Origin: Marsupella aquatica
Lineage: Eukaryota; Plantae; Marchantiophyta
DNA length: 64,000 nt
Direction: 5' to 3'
Assembly (NCBI GenBank): GCA_973895155.1
Contig: OZ316896.1
Coordinates: 6,962,232-7,026,231, forward strand
The position numbers and the translations under genes are program-made. The notes beneath the pieces are model-generated. The model searched no databases. It was not told where the DNA came from and saw only the letters and a list, made by a program, of their open reading frames with translations. The first letter of the stretch is position 1. Each line of letters starts with the position of its first letter. This document shows, one piece after another, positions 36,860 through 49,268 of the stretch.

Positions 36860-38698
36860 ATGTTCTTGGGCTCATTAGGAGCGCCTTGAGGTCTACTATC
36901 TTCCTATGTGAAAAATAGCTACAAAGCTTGACACTACTTGTGAGCTATTTACTGTTTTGTGAAGCTACCATTGCAGATTTTTAGGGATTTGAAACTAAAA
37001 GTTCAGTATTTTAGGGATTTGAATTTCTTGGGAGCTTTATGGCTAAGTTGTGCTAGATTCCGACTCCCAAGCTTCTAGAAACTTTGAATATAGATGTTGT
37101 GAAAAGTGTTGATCCTTCACAAAATAGCTAGAGTCTGTCTTTTCTCTTGGACCAATTTAAAACATTAGGGATTTGACAAATTACGGCTTGGAGAAATTAG
37201 AGTTTGCACCAGTATACACATCTTTGGAGATTGCTTTGGAATTGGAAAGGAGGACCTCATGGGGACCAAGTGGGTTTGGAGGATGTGATGTCCTTGTTGA
37301 AAGGGCTTACAAAGGAGATGGTTGACCAGAAAGCCCAATTGGCTACCCTTGTGAGAGTAGTGGAGGAGCAAAGGAAAGAGATCCATGAGTTGAGGATTGA
37401 GTTGGGTGGCTCTATCAAGATCACTAGGGTGATTGCTGAACATACAGTTGGGATGAGTGAGAGGTTAAAAGAGAATAACACCATGGACTTGATGGAGGAG
37501 AAGCTGAAGACATATGCTGAAGCAGCCAAGCAATCACACATGGAGTTTATCCAGACCAAGGAAGAGGAGAGAAGATTACTGGAGGAGGAACAGAAGAACC
37601 AACATGCAAAAGTGAACAATTGCAAGATATCAGGGGTGGTGGAGGTGGAAAAGGAGAACACCAAAGAGGTAGTCACTTCCTTCTTCCAATCTCACTTGAA
37701 AGTGCATGAACCTACCATTTTGCAGGCATATAGGATTGGACAAAAGAAGGGTGATCTTCCACGTCCAATCTTGGTCAAGTTTAGCATGGAATCTGAGAAA
37801 GCTAGAGTGATGGCTAATAGGAGCATGCTCAAGGGTCAAAGGATTTGGTTGGATGATGATCTGACTCCCACCCAAGTGCAAGCAAGGAAGATTGAGCTTG
37901 AGAAGGTGAGGGCAGCCAAGGATCAAGGATTGGTAGCATACCTGCGCAATGGGCAAGCTTTTGTGACCCAAAGGAAGAGAGATGTCACTAAATGATGGGT
38001 TGGGACCTTGAGAATCATGGCATGGAATATTTAAGGACTTTCCATAGAATCTGCAATAGGAGGAGAACCCTTGTTTGAGAATGCTGACATCTTGCTCTTC
38101 ATGGAGACTTGGGACTTATCTGAGCATGAATGGCATACTCAACCAAAGAAGCTTTGGTCACTCTTGCGTGATAAAGCTATTAGAAAACTTTGGAGTGATC
38201 CTAGCCCTAGATTACAGTATTTTATGAGGGATGTAAACCCCATGATGTTGTATGAAGAGCAAGAGGATAGAGCTCCCATTTCTATGAGGTTGAGACAAGT
38301 GATTGCTAGATGTAGACTCAACTCACATCACTTGGAGGTAGAGGAGGGTAGATGGAAGGGAATTAGGAGGCAGGATAGGGTGTGTAGACTTTGTGATAGT
38401 GGTAGCATTGAGAATGAATATCATGTATTCATAGCATGTAGACGGTATGAGGAGGTTCGAGTAGCATATCAAATCCTTGTTTCTGATCTGCATGATCTAT
38501 TTAGGTTGCCACCAAAGCAACTTGGATTGTATATCATGGTAGTGGATAGGAAACGATGTGATAGCATTATACATTAATGACTCTTAGGGTCCTTAGTTTG
38601 TTAGTAGTGAGGATGTAGAGATCCTCACATGAGCATTTGACTCATTTCTTTGCTTTGTATTTGGCTTTTTTTTGCCACAGCTCCCTTGATTCATTGGG
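36860..38698 (+). mobile_element. RTE-X-like LINE with ORF1 retained and ORF2 internally deleted
   Basis: ORF1 37204-37995, then the APE start LRIMAWNI*GL...DILLFMETW fused at 38110 to the ORF2 C-terminus, then the family 3' UTR. The 5' boundary is approximate. Confidence 0.82.
37204..37995 (+). CDS. LINE ORF1 protein (coiled coil plus RRM-like/CTD)
   Basis: Uninterrupted 263-codon ORF with ISGVVE, AYRIG, PRPILVKF and RIWLDDDLT motifs typical of LINE ORF1 proteins. Confidence 0.8.
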   Translation: MHQYTHLWRLLWNWKGGPHGDQVGLEDVMSLLKGLTKEMVDQKAQLATLVRVVEEQRKEIHELRIELGGSIKITRVIAEHTVGMSERLKENNTMDLMEEKLKTYAEAAKQSHMEFIQTKEEERRLLEEEQKNQHAKVNNCKISGVVEVEKENTKEVVTSFFQSHLKVHEPTILQAYRIGQKKGDLPRPILVKFSMESEKARVMANRSMLKGQRIWLDDDLTPTQVQARKIELEKVRAAKDQGLVAYLRNGQAFVTQRKRDVTK

Positions 38699-40058
38699 CA
38701 CACATGGCAATGTGGCAATGGGAACACACAGGGCACATTGTAAAATAACCTTTGAGGTCAGAGAAAAGTTGTCCTACTTGATTTCCAAGTGAATGCTGCA
38801 CTTCCCCTGCCGAGTTCCAGTCAAAGCTTTCAATTTCTGGTGCAGATTAGAAATCCTCTTTTGCGGAGGCACCTTTGTTGCTTCTGCTTCTGCTGCTCCC
38901 GTCATTATTGTTGTGGAAAGGAGAAAACAAGGAATTCTTCTTGTTCCTCCTCCCAAGTTATCTTCTTCTTTGGAACAACTTTTCCAGCCACAAACTACAA
39001 GACTGCAAATTGTGAACAAGAACGACTACAAACGCATGAGAGGGAAACGAACTACAAAGGCGTGTGAGGGGGGAACAAGGAAGAGACACACGTGACAAAA
39101 CGAGAAGCTCCTGGTAGAAACTAAGTCACCGTTGTGTGGAGCCGGTAGGCAGTCACAAAAGAACCTGCTGTTCGAGGGTGAGGGACAACCATGGAACCCT
39201 GGAGGGAAACGGGGGAGATCACCAAGCAGAGGGCGAACAGAAAGGGGTTTCGTAAGCCCGAGGTCGAATGGAACACAGCCCTGAGGGAATGGGCGTGCAG
39301 GACAAGTCCTAGTCTGGTGCTGGGGCTGACTGAGTCACCATGATGTGAAGGTGACAGGGGCAGTCGCCAGGGCTCATTGCCTTGTTGTCATCCTTGCCAC
39401 AGTGCATTCTGAGTGAGGGCTGGACTTTTTTAGTCCTATTCCTTCCCTTTTCTGTGGTGTCTATTTTTCTCACTAAAAATGACAGTGCAAATTTTAAACT
39501 AACAGGACCACAGGAAAAAATGCACAACCTCTTGTTATAGTTTTTGATCAGTCTCTTCCCAAGATAATAGACTCCCCAGATAATAGGCCTCATTGGGCAC
39601 CCAAGCTCATGGAGGGAGAACGACATGTACCACATCCCCTAGTAGTCTAGTGTACATCAGTCTCCTCCCAAGATAATAGCACTCTAGAATTTATACCCGG
39701 CTAGTTTTTATTCCTACGAAAGATTCCTTATCAGCGCGTGTAAACTAGTGAAAATTAACCCCGCGACATCGAGATGCCATCCCCGAATTTTCTCTCGTGT
39801 TTGACCTCGAAAGATACTTTTGATTAAAATGATTAAAAAAATTACAGTAGTTTTATTGGGGAAAGACCATCAATATCGGACACCAACCGGAAGCCTTCAT
39901 CAAGACGGTGAAAGAGTTAGCTATGGAGCAGAGTTTCCGCCTGAGAATGGAGCTCCAACCGAGAGATCAAATTTTGACGACGGGAGAAGGATACTGATGA
40001 GTTGTTCGAGCTCACGAGTTGTCTTGCTCTGGTTAGAGTTCTCCTGCCGGTCACTTCG

Positions 40059-43000
40059 ATGAGCATATCAGCAGCACCCGAGGTGGGTGCTGTTCGAGAT
40101 ATCATCTTTATTGGTGGGACTCGTAAATGTCGACGAGGAGGGTTTTGCTGTCACAGGTCAGTGCCGTTTCTGAATGGAGTAGGTGCCGGTTCCATACTTT
40201 TCCGAAACAGAAGACTGAGGATTTTGCCATCTACAATTTACAAGTATGAATGCAGGACATACAGATTTGCATGTGAGAGCATAAATCGTTGTGAGCATTC
40301 GATTCAGTGCCGTAACTCTCCTTCCCGAGGTCGCCGTCGCGTATCTCGGGTACCTTTAGCTTCATCCACATTTCCTTTCACGCAATCGCCTGCATCTGAT
40401 GCTCAGGTCACGGAAATGTGGATGCTAGAGGACGAGATTCTGGAGCTAAGGGGACTACAGAGTCAACTGCAGGCCTGCAAAAATAGAAATAGAAAGATTG
40501 CGGTGTTGGATTCAAACAAGCGCGTCAGAGGAGTGTTTGGTGGCGTCGGCCAACCTGGAGTTTTCGTGAAACCCTCTGTCGCTTTAGCCAGCTGCACTCT
40601 GGACGAATTCGGCATTTATATTCTGAAATGCTTGGTAGCGATCGGTCAGGAACACATACTCGAATGGCCATGGGGTTTAAAAGATGTCTATGCGGGGCAA
40701 GAGACAGCGAACCCTAGACACGTCTCCAGAAGTCCTGCCAGTTCTGTGAAAGGAGCTTTTACTAGGCTCGGCAATATTATCGAAAACTGGGAACAACCTC
40801 AGGGAAAATTCTGGCAAAGTGTGCCCGCGCTGTTGACGCCTTGCAACGAAACCTTTCATGATCTTCATTCTGAAGAAGAAGCTAACCGTCGCGCCAATGA
40901 AGTATGCTCTGATGAGATCGAAGCTCGTCTGCTGGAATCGTTGCAAGTACTCATCCGCCTGCTCGGACAACTTGAGAAGTTTTATGACAGCATAGGTGGT
41001 ATCATAGGGTAAGGAAACGGTCTAGATTGTGTTTATCTGTCCACATGTCGCATGGCTTTGAATTTTCCGTTTTTCGTCATTTTTACGCAATAGATTCACT
41101 GTATCGAATCAATTACAAGTGGATTTTGTCTTGGAAATTGCTGCAGTTTTCAAATAGTCCTTCCCTGTAAAGCTTTTAGTTCCCATCCTAAATGATGACG
41201 GGATCCTCCTCTTCCACACTTGACATGTCGTCGCAACGAGAGTATCTAAATGCTTAACCAATTCTCTTGCTTTATCTTCTTGCAGGTACCAAGTGAGAGC
41301 TTTAGAGCTAATCAGGGAATCCGAGGCACAGAATAACAAGAGTGGCTTCAGTGTTAATGGCAACAAATCTTCACCATCGTCACTACTTAGACAGTTTTCT
41401 GTTCCTCATGGTCCCGATCTTTCAAGAGACAAAGCTTATGCCATGCAAGCTTCTAGCTGGGGTCTCGAGGTCAAGAGCAAGCTTGACTCGGGTTTGATTA
41501 TATTGATTTCCGCGTAGCGTATTGCACATTTAATAGGTTAAATCATTTTTCTTACTTAGAAATCTCTTTTGTGCGGTTTACATGCCCAGCCAATGTCTTG
41601 GCAAAATAGTACGGTTGGCATTTACTGGAACATATCGTTTCTGCCCTGTGTTAGTGTGTCATAAAGATTGCTTCGACAACAGAAGTAAGCCACTGTGTTT
41701 GATATCGTGTTTTATCAGTCTCGCAAAGGTCAGGATCACGTTGAGGAGGCTCCTTGTACAATTCGCAGGGTTTACCAGAAATGGGGGAAATCTATCCTCT
41801 TGGCGGGGCTGGTGATCGGCTGGGTCTTGTCGATGAATCAACTGGCGAGTCCCTTCCAGTCGCCATGTTACCATATTGTGGTAGAACTTTGCTTGAAGGC
41901 CTGATTCGAGATTTGCAGGTATGCTCGTGTCATATATCTTCTGAAGTCACGACATGAAAAATTACTGCGGAAATGCAACATTCACAATATAGAAAATAAA
42001 TTTAGACGAGTATCCTGAATGATAAGTCAATCATCGTTTAGTTAAAATTCACGTTAGTCTTGCAAATATTCCCCACATATATGTGCTTTCATTAAACATT
42101 CGTGGAGGATAATTACGTCGATGGTTTCGTCGTACAGGCAAGAGAATATCTCTACTTCAAGGTGTTCGGCGCGCAACATATCACACCCGTCGCTATCATG
42201 ACAAGTTCTGCCAAAAGAAACGATCAACGCGTGCATGCTCTGTGTGATCATCATGGCTGGTTTGGTAGAGGAAAAAGTAATTTCCGACTGTTTGAGCAGG
42301 TCTGTTCTGCACTGCAAGGCAACCCATCCAGGTTCCAAGTTTCATGCTTGTTGACATACGCACCCCAGGTTGCTCCAACTGGAATTTTTGCAATCGACCT
42401 ATATGTCCGTCCTGCGGATCATATGAACTGCAGGACTCGAGAATTCGCATATGGTTTTCAAGAGTTCAAGTCAGAACTTGACAACGGATACCTGTGTTGG
42501 TCAGTGCCAGAAGTTGAGTGAAAACTGAGCAAAACGAGGTGTTTTATCATACAACGAAACATGCGGTGGGAAGGATGCTTTGTTGTGTAAGGCCCGTTTA
42601 TGCGTCTGCCTGAGGAAACTGTGTCCCTTTTTGTTGTTATAGCCTCTAGTACCAACAGTGGCAGCGGCAGATGGGCAGTGGTTGTTGACTAAGCCCTTGA
42701 AGGCAGTTCTCAAACCGGGAGGCCATGGAGTTATTTGGAAATTGGCTAAAGATGAAGGTATCTTCAAGTGGTTCTACAGCAAGGAGCGTAAAGCAGCCAT
42801 TGTACGGCAAATCAGGTGGATATCTGCTAAACAGCAATGCTATTCATTGAAGTTCTTTGTGAACTGTACCAACCCGTTCACGAGGTGGTGCTTGTTTCGT
42901 TGCATTGAAAAACGAAGCTTATCCCAAGGAGTCTCTCTGTCGTATAACACAGTTTCGGTACTACTGGTATATGGTAATTTAATGAATGGGGTTGGTTTAG

Positions 43001-46000
43001 TTTGAGGAGGCGAGGAGGGAGGGGGTGCTTTAGGTGAACATTTAAGGTTGCTTTAGGTGGAAAGATGATATTGTTTTGGGCATTTTGCAGCAATCCTCTC
43101 GCAGGTACAGACTGTACTTTGTTGGCACTGTCAGGCATTGGTCTGAAACACAACAAGGTGCTTATTACCCATACTGATAAGTTCGTAGATTCCATTGTCT
43201 TCTCAAGCTTTAAAGGCGTATAACTAGTTGCTCCAATTCTGTATGCTTAAGCTGGTCACCGTACATATCTTGCTCGCAAGCCTTTCGTTTTGTGCGGCAT
43301 TTTCTTGAAATCTAACAACTTCCAGGTGTAGAAATTGGGCTTTGCATCATGTGAGCGAAATGTGGGAACTGCGGAAGGGGTGAATGTCCTCATGGAGAAA
43401 CGACTTGGAGACGGTAGCCTTGAGTACACAGTTACCTGCATAGAGTACACCGAGTTCAATAAGTTGGGTATTTTAGATGTGCCAATAACCCCTGGCAGGT
43501 ATGTGAAGATCTTCATTGGACTAGTAGAAATTAATACTTTCGGTGAAATGATGTTGGGAATATATCAAAAGCACTAGTCTGATCAAGATTCTGAGTTCCT
43601 GGTTTGCCACTTTCCTGGATGTAGTATGCAGGCTCAATATCCTGCCAACACCAATGTTCTCTTTGTCGATCTTGCGTCAGTGGAACATGTCGCATCCAGT
43701 CAAACCTCTGCATCTCTACCTGGAATGATCATGAATCTAAAGAAGCCTGTGGAATATGTTGACCAATGGGGTAATAAGCACTGGTACGTCATGGAAGGTT
43801 TTAGAGTTTGCCTTGAGAATCTGGACTGTGTTACTGGAGTTCTTGTGTTGCACTTGTTACCTAACTTTAATCAAGGTTTTCTAGCATGTGGCTTGTCTGC
43901 TATTTTCTTCTGGAAATTCCAGTCCATCATTCTTCATAGTTTTTTTTTACGATGGAACGTTCCAAAATTATGTAAGAGAAATCCTCAGAGACTTAAACGT
44001 CTCGTTCTCATTTGTGTCTTCGTGGTAGTGTAAGAGCTGGTCGACTGGAGTGCACTATGCAGAATGTTGCCGATTCTTTGATGAACAAACATTCTTCGAG
44101 ACTGTCTTCCAGTGACCAGGGTAGAACGTCCGCTTACATTTCTTTTGGAGCATTATAATTTTCTCATCGTCCAATCGTGCTCTGCAAATTTCGTGTTGTT
44201 GTTGGACTGCCCAAATTACATGAAAAACATCGCAAGGCTTTAGATTTCCACTTTATGTGTCATCGTGGTCATTGTTTGGAGAGGTTTCCGTTATTATTAT
44301 CTTTGTCATTGACCATTGAAAAACCATTTTTGCTTTGATTGGCAGGACAATTGGACACATTCCTCATATATAATCTGAGGCGGAAAGTGACCTCATCAGC
44401 AAAGAGGCAAAGGAAGCATGGTGAAGATTCCCTTCACCAGGTGAAATTCGTTTTCCTTCTCGTTTGGGCGTCGACTTTCTGCAAAGATTCTGGAATACTA
44501 ACTTCGTATCTGCTCAGTGCTAATTAACACAAAGTTCCTGTTGATGCCGCAGCATTGGATTCTGACTGACTTACGCTATATGTGTTTCCTTACTTCAAGG
44601 TATAATGAGGCATATGTTTTTTCTCTTTGCAGACTCCAGAGGGATCTTTCTTGGACCTTACAAGAAATGCTTCTGATCTCCTATCCTACTGTGGGGTCCT
44701 GATGCCTCAGGTGACTAGCCCTTGTAGTCTTCCTATCTGCTAAATCTCGAAAGAATGTCACTGCGGTACTTCATCTTATTGGCAGAATGAATACAGAAGT
44801 GGTCGCGAGACACTTTTCCCTTTCTCGTGCTGATTGCACTAGATGTCCCGCTGAAATCTAAGGACGTTTCCATTACTGTAGACATAGCTAGTATCACGGG
44901 AGTCGATGCAGTTGGTGGATGGTTGCTCAAATGTTGTAACGCATGCAGTGAAATAGTCGCACTCAAGCTAGTCGAATCTTCTGTATTGATTCGAGTGGAA
45001 AAATCTGCGATGAAAAAGGGCAGTAGACTAGAGCCACAAGAGTACTTAAGAAGAATGAAGTAATGTTAAAATGCAAGTCTCTGTTCCCTTCGGTCTTATA
45101 GTTGATGTATCCACGTTTACTTGTGGTAGATGGAGGGCAATCACTGCTATATTGATTATGGCCCGCCTTTTCTGGTCTTCTTGCATCCAGCTCTGGGACC
45201 TCTTTGGGACATTATTCGGCAAAAGGTCTAGTTTCTCTCGTCCAACCCCTTTTTTACATATTTATTTTAGACAACAGAGTATACCCGGCGTTCAATTTTT
45301 CCTGACACAGATGTTTTGCTGTGTCCAGATAAAAGGTGGTTCACTCGCATCAGGATCTGAGGTTCAGCTGGAAGTAGCTGAATTCTCATGGAAAAATGTT
45401 CAGGTACAGAAAAAGCAATCCCACTCCACCTGTTTATGTGGCAAATCCAGAGCCATTTTGTATGTTTCATAGATTATACCTAGGAAGTAATTTAACCCAA
45501 ATCATGCTAGATCTCTGTGGTTTTGGTATAAGATCTATTGTCTCTTCATGAGTTCCTCGCTGTTAAATCATCTGCGTGGTGCCTCTCATTGAATGCTTTC
45601 CATCAATTGACATGTTTATTTGTTGCCAGCTGGATGGAAGCTTGTTGATACATGCCACGAATGTCATGGGTGTACTGGAAGACAACGAAAATAAAGAGTC
45701 CATTCTGCAGTATGGTTTCAGGTACGTAACTTATATAACAGAACCAATATGCCGAGTTCAATCTCAAGAATGATCTGAATCACCTACCTTTGAAGTCCAG
45801 AATTTTGATTACATTGCACACAAATCCGTCCACTAAAAATCCTGGATAGAGAGATTGTTAATAAGCTCATCCATCTTACACTCAGTCGGTCAACGTCCAA
45901 GTTCACTCCATCTCATGCTCATAACTTTCATGCATTGGTACTCAAATTGTAGTGGCTTCCTCATGTTGTCTAGTAGGAATGCATCTGACTTTGCACGAGC

Positions 46001-47170
46001 AGTCATATTAAGTGAAAGCAATCAGTTGTGTTCCGTATTATTATATGAAGTAAGGACTTTCAACAAATTGTGGAGACCTCTTCTTTCTTATCGATTCAAG
46101 GAATGCAGCGTCATCCATATTCTGCAGGCTCGTTATTCTTCATTAGTGGTTTATCTTTAGACATGAACGTAATTATGGGTTCGGATAAACTTAATTTCAT
46201 ATGAAGTCTAATCTTGAGAATTAAAAGATTGTTCCCTGGTGAGGGTAACCCATTACATGTGACGGAGAATCAAACAAAGATATGATTCTGCCAAGAATAT
46301 CTGTGTGATTTTAGCAAAATTCAGCAACCATGGTTTTGGTTACATGTGCAGGTGTGGAAAGTGCAGGTTAAGTAACATCAAAGTAAAAAACCAAGGTGTT
46401 GATTGGGGATACAAGAGCAATATCTACTGGCAAAACAAAATACAGAGGTTGGAAACTCTTGAGATCTTCCTTGAAGAAGATGCGGAATTTGAAGCCCACA
46501 ATGTCACCATCGAGGTGTGCGGATCTTTCTGTGCACTTTCTAGTAACGGTCGTGTTTATTTTTGTGCTACTTCCTGCTTGGACCAAAGATCTTTGGATAA
46601 GTCTCGGTAAATCTTTACCACCTGTGATCCTCAAACTTCTCAGAAGCTATTGTCCGGTGCGATCGGATCCATCTTATGATAGTGCAAATCTAGTTGGAAT
46701 CTGTTACTTGCAAGTTTCCAGACTGTTTAAAAAATATTTCACACCCAGTGCCCATCTGTCCTTCCCTTTCTCGTGCTGCCATCTGTTGCTTTTTTTAGTG
46801 AACATCTGTAAGCTGGCTAAAGATTGCACGGCATGCAGGGCCCTCACAAGTTTTTTGTGCCTAGAGGGCATCGGGTGATTGTGACAAGCACTGTTTCAGG
46901 TCTGACCTCGCTTTTCTCAGCTTAGATCGCCTTGTACCATGTTGCAATATAACTTCACTTAGCTGTAATTTAATGTCTAGCAGTGTTTTGGGAGTAGAAC
47001 TGAAATTTCGGATCACAATTTTTGCAGGGGCGCTGATTAGTAAAATGGAAGCCTTGCCCAAAGGTTCGGCAACTGGCCGTGGATCCTGGACTTGGGACTA
47101 TAAGTTGAAGCAAAATGGTGACGTGGTCCTAACGAGGGTGAATCAACAATGCAAACTCCTTGATTCTTGA
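40059..47170 (+). CDS. UGP3: Chloroplast UDP-glucose pyrophosphorylase 3-like (sulfolipid pathway)
   Basis: 17 inferred GT-AG exons: 40059-41008, 41286-41469, 41769-41918, 42138-42299, 42643-42815, 43091-43157, 43332-43498, 43625-43783, 44029-44120, 44346-44440, 44633-44710, 45130-45225, 45329-45403, 45630-45721, 46352-46514, 46839-46899, 47028-47170. Motifs FYDSIGGIIGYQ, GEIYPLGGAGDRLGL, RTLLEGLIRDLQARE, KPGGHGVIWKLA, PANTNVL and GRLECTMQN. R/S-rich transit-peptide-like N-terminus. Confidence 0.92.
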
Positions 47171-48333
47171 CGGTGAGATCACATTTGTCATTGAGGAATT
47201 TGTTTTTCACTTTTACTGCAGAATAAACTGAATATCAGATGGCAGATTCTTTGAGAGAGTAATCAGAACAGAAAGATGAGCTTCTCTAATTCCTCTCACG
47301 GGGATTCCAAGCCAAAGTTTAACTGTAGAAAAAATATATTTAATGGGACAAGCTTGACTGCTCAGTCCAACTAGGATATTGGAACAGACAAGGAATGTAG
47401 TTCATCTATTTGATGAATCTCTCGACCAAAGGGCTTTTGGTTGAGGATAATAGCGAAGTGAATACAAAACCAATCGCAGGCCTTTTGCTCTGGAAGTGTT
47501 GGGGGTTTACAGGCGTTGGACCGTTGCTTATGGAACAGCAAGGTGGTATTTTACAACAGCAATAGCAGACTCAAATGCCGCAGCTAAAGGGTTGGTCCGG
47601 AGGTAGAGTTCTTTGAAATTTCTCAATACAGATGCGCTCGTTCCTGTTTAGAACATGCTAGAAAGCACGTCAAGGAGAAACATCCTAAAATATGAAGTAT
47701 CTTAAGAAACACTTGTACATGTGACCACAAACATGCAAGAAAGCATATCAAGGAGAAATGACCCAAATATGATGTCTTTAATAAAGTCGTGCATGTGTGA
47801 CCACAAAGATGCTAGAAAGCGTATCAAAGAGAAATACCCCAAATTAGAAGTACCTTAATTAAAAAAGGCTCTAAAGGGTTCATGAAAGTAAGGGCAGCGT
47901 CATCTCTCCCTGATTACATTGTCTCCAAACTGGGCCAGAAAATGGCCTACCCTTATGATGACTCATTTCATACGAAGCCAATCGACTGGTTGAACGTCTC
48001 ACCTTAGGACATGCTCATGCACAACTCCTACAATACTTCAATTCTTAGACCCTAAACCCTAAACCTACAGGAGATGCACGATAGCTTACTCTTTCAGTGT
48101 AATTGTTTTTTTCAGTTTAAATATATTTCAAGCGAGGCTGACAATTGTGCGCTCTGTATATTTTTTTATGGTGTCAAAGAGTAGTCAAGAGTAAATACTC
48201 AAGTGCTGCCCAAATTTTACTTCTGTAATTTGGACAAACTATTTGTTGTCATCAGAGGTCAGCAAGAGCATATTCCTATGCCCTGCTTTGTATTCCGTGT
48301 TCGACTGTGGCGAACTTTATTTTACAGCGGACA

Positions 48334-48500
48334 TAGAGAGAAGAAAATGCCGTGTCACACCAGCCACATCCGCAATAAAAGAACAAAAAAGGACAGCAAA
48401 TCTCTCGCACCAGATATATAGAGAAGAAAATGCCCCGTCACACCAGCCACATCCACAATTAAAAGAACAAAAAAGGACAGCAAATCTCTTGCACCAGATG
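48334..48500. repeat. ~84-bp tandem duplication between the convergent gene ends
   Basis: AGAGAAGAAAATGCC..GTCACACCAGCCACATCC.CAAT.AAAGAACAAAAAAGGACAGCAAATCTCT.GCACCAGAT x2. Confidence 0.9.
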
Positions 48501-49268
48501 GTAAGCAGATCTGGTGCGCACTGAGAAATTTTACGGCTGAAATTATGACAATTCACTTCTACCTTTTTGTTGGAGGATCTCCTGTACTATATACCCTTAA
48601 AATTGAGTACCTAATAGAAACCACCGTTTGTCAGCAAGCGTCAAAATTCATCTTCACAAAACTAAGTATTGGGGAGGGAGTTGAGTTATTCAGTTAGTGC
48701 TTTTGACCATGTGCTTAGGCTGTGCTGTAGTTGATTCCCCAGCCCCCCCCCAGCCCCCCCCCAGCCCCCCCCCCCCCTCCCATTTGCTCTCTCTGAACCA
48801 AAGATATTATCACTTGGAGTTGCTCATAGAATGATCTGACTCCGAAAACCTTGCCTGAAATAGGCCTATCACGTGCACAACAGGTCACATGACATCTTCG
48901 TGGGTTAAACTTAAGAAGTGGTTGTTGATATACAGGGTTTGTGAAGTCAAGAAAACGCTACTCCAGTGCAGTTTTCGTTTACTAAGTGTGAAGAGGTAGC
49001 CCTCGTGGATGGAAGCATAAAAGTACACTCTCAGTGTACTTTTCTTTAACAGACAGGAATTATTGCATCTCATAGGGAACGACTGCAATAAAATAATCGA
49101 CAGCAAAGAATAGGCTCAAACTCTACTTCAAAGAATAGTCACTGAAACCGAGCTCTAACTACTAATGACTTGGACTCTAAAGGCAGGATGTAAAAGAACT
49201 CTTCCTTCCGTACGTTTCTGAAAGTTTACGAGCTTTTTCAAATACATTCAACAAAATCAAGTTATAAA

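Noticed and set aside
38700-40050. Short ORFs upstream of UGP3, and most antisense ORFs in the track
   Set aside because: No recognisable motifs. They are shadow or chance ORFs.
48049-48067. Interstitial telomere tract (CCCTAAA)
   Set aside because: Only about two units. This is a common telo-box-sized motif.
48740-48781. Functional G-quadruplex or i-motif (also 7178-7195)
   Set aside because: Simple homopolymer runs, prone to slippage or assembly error, with no supporting context.
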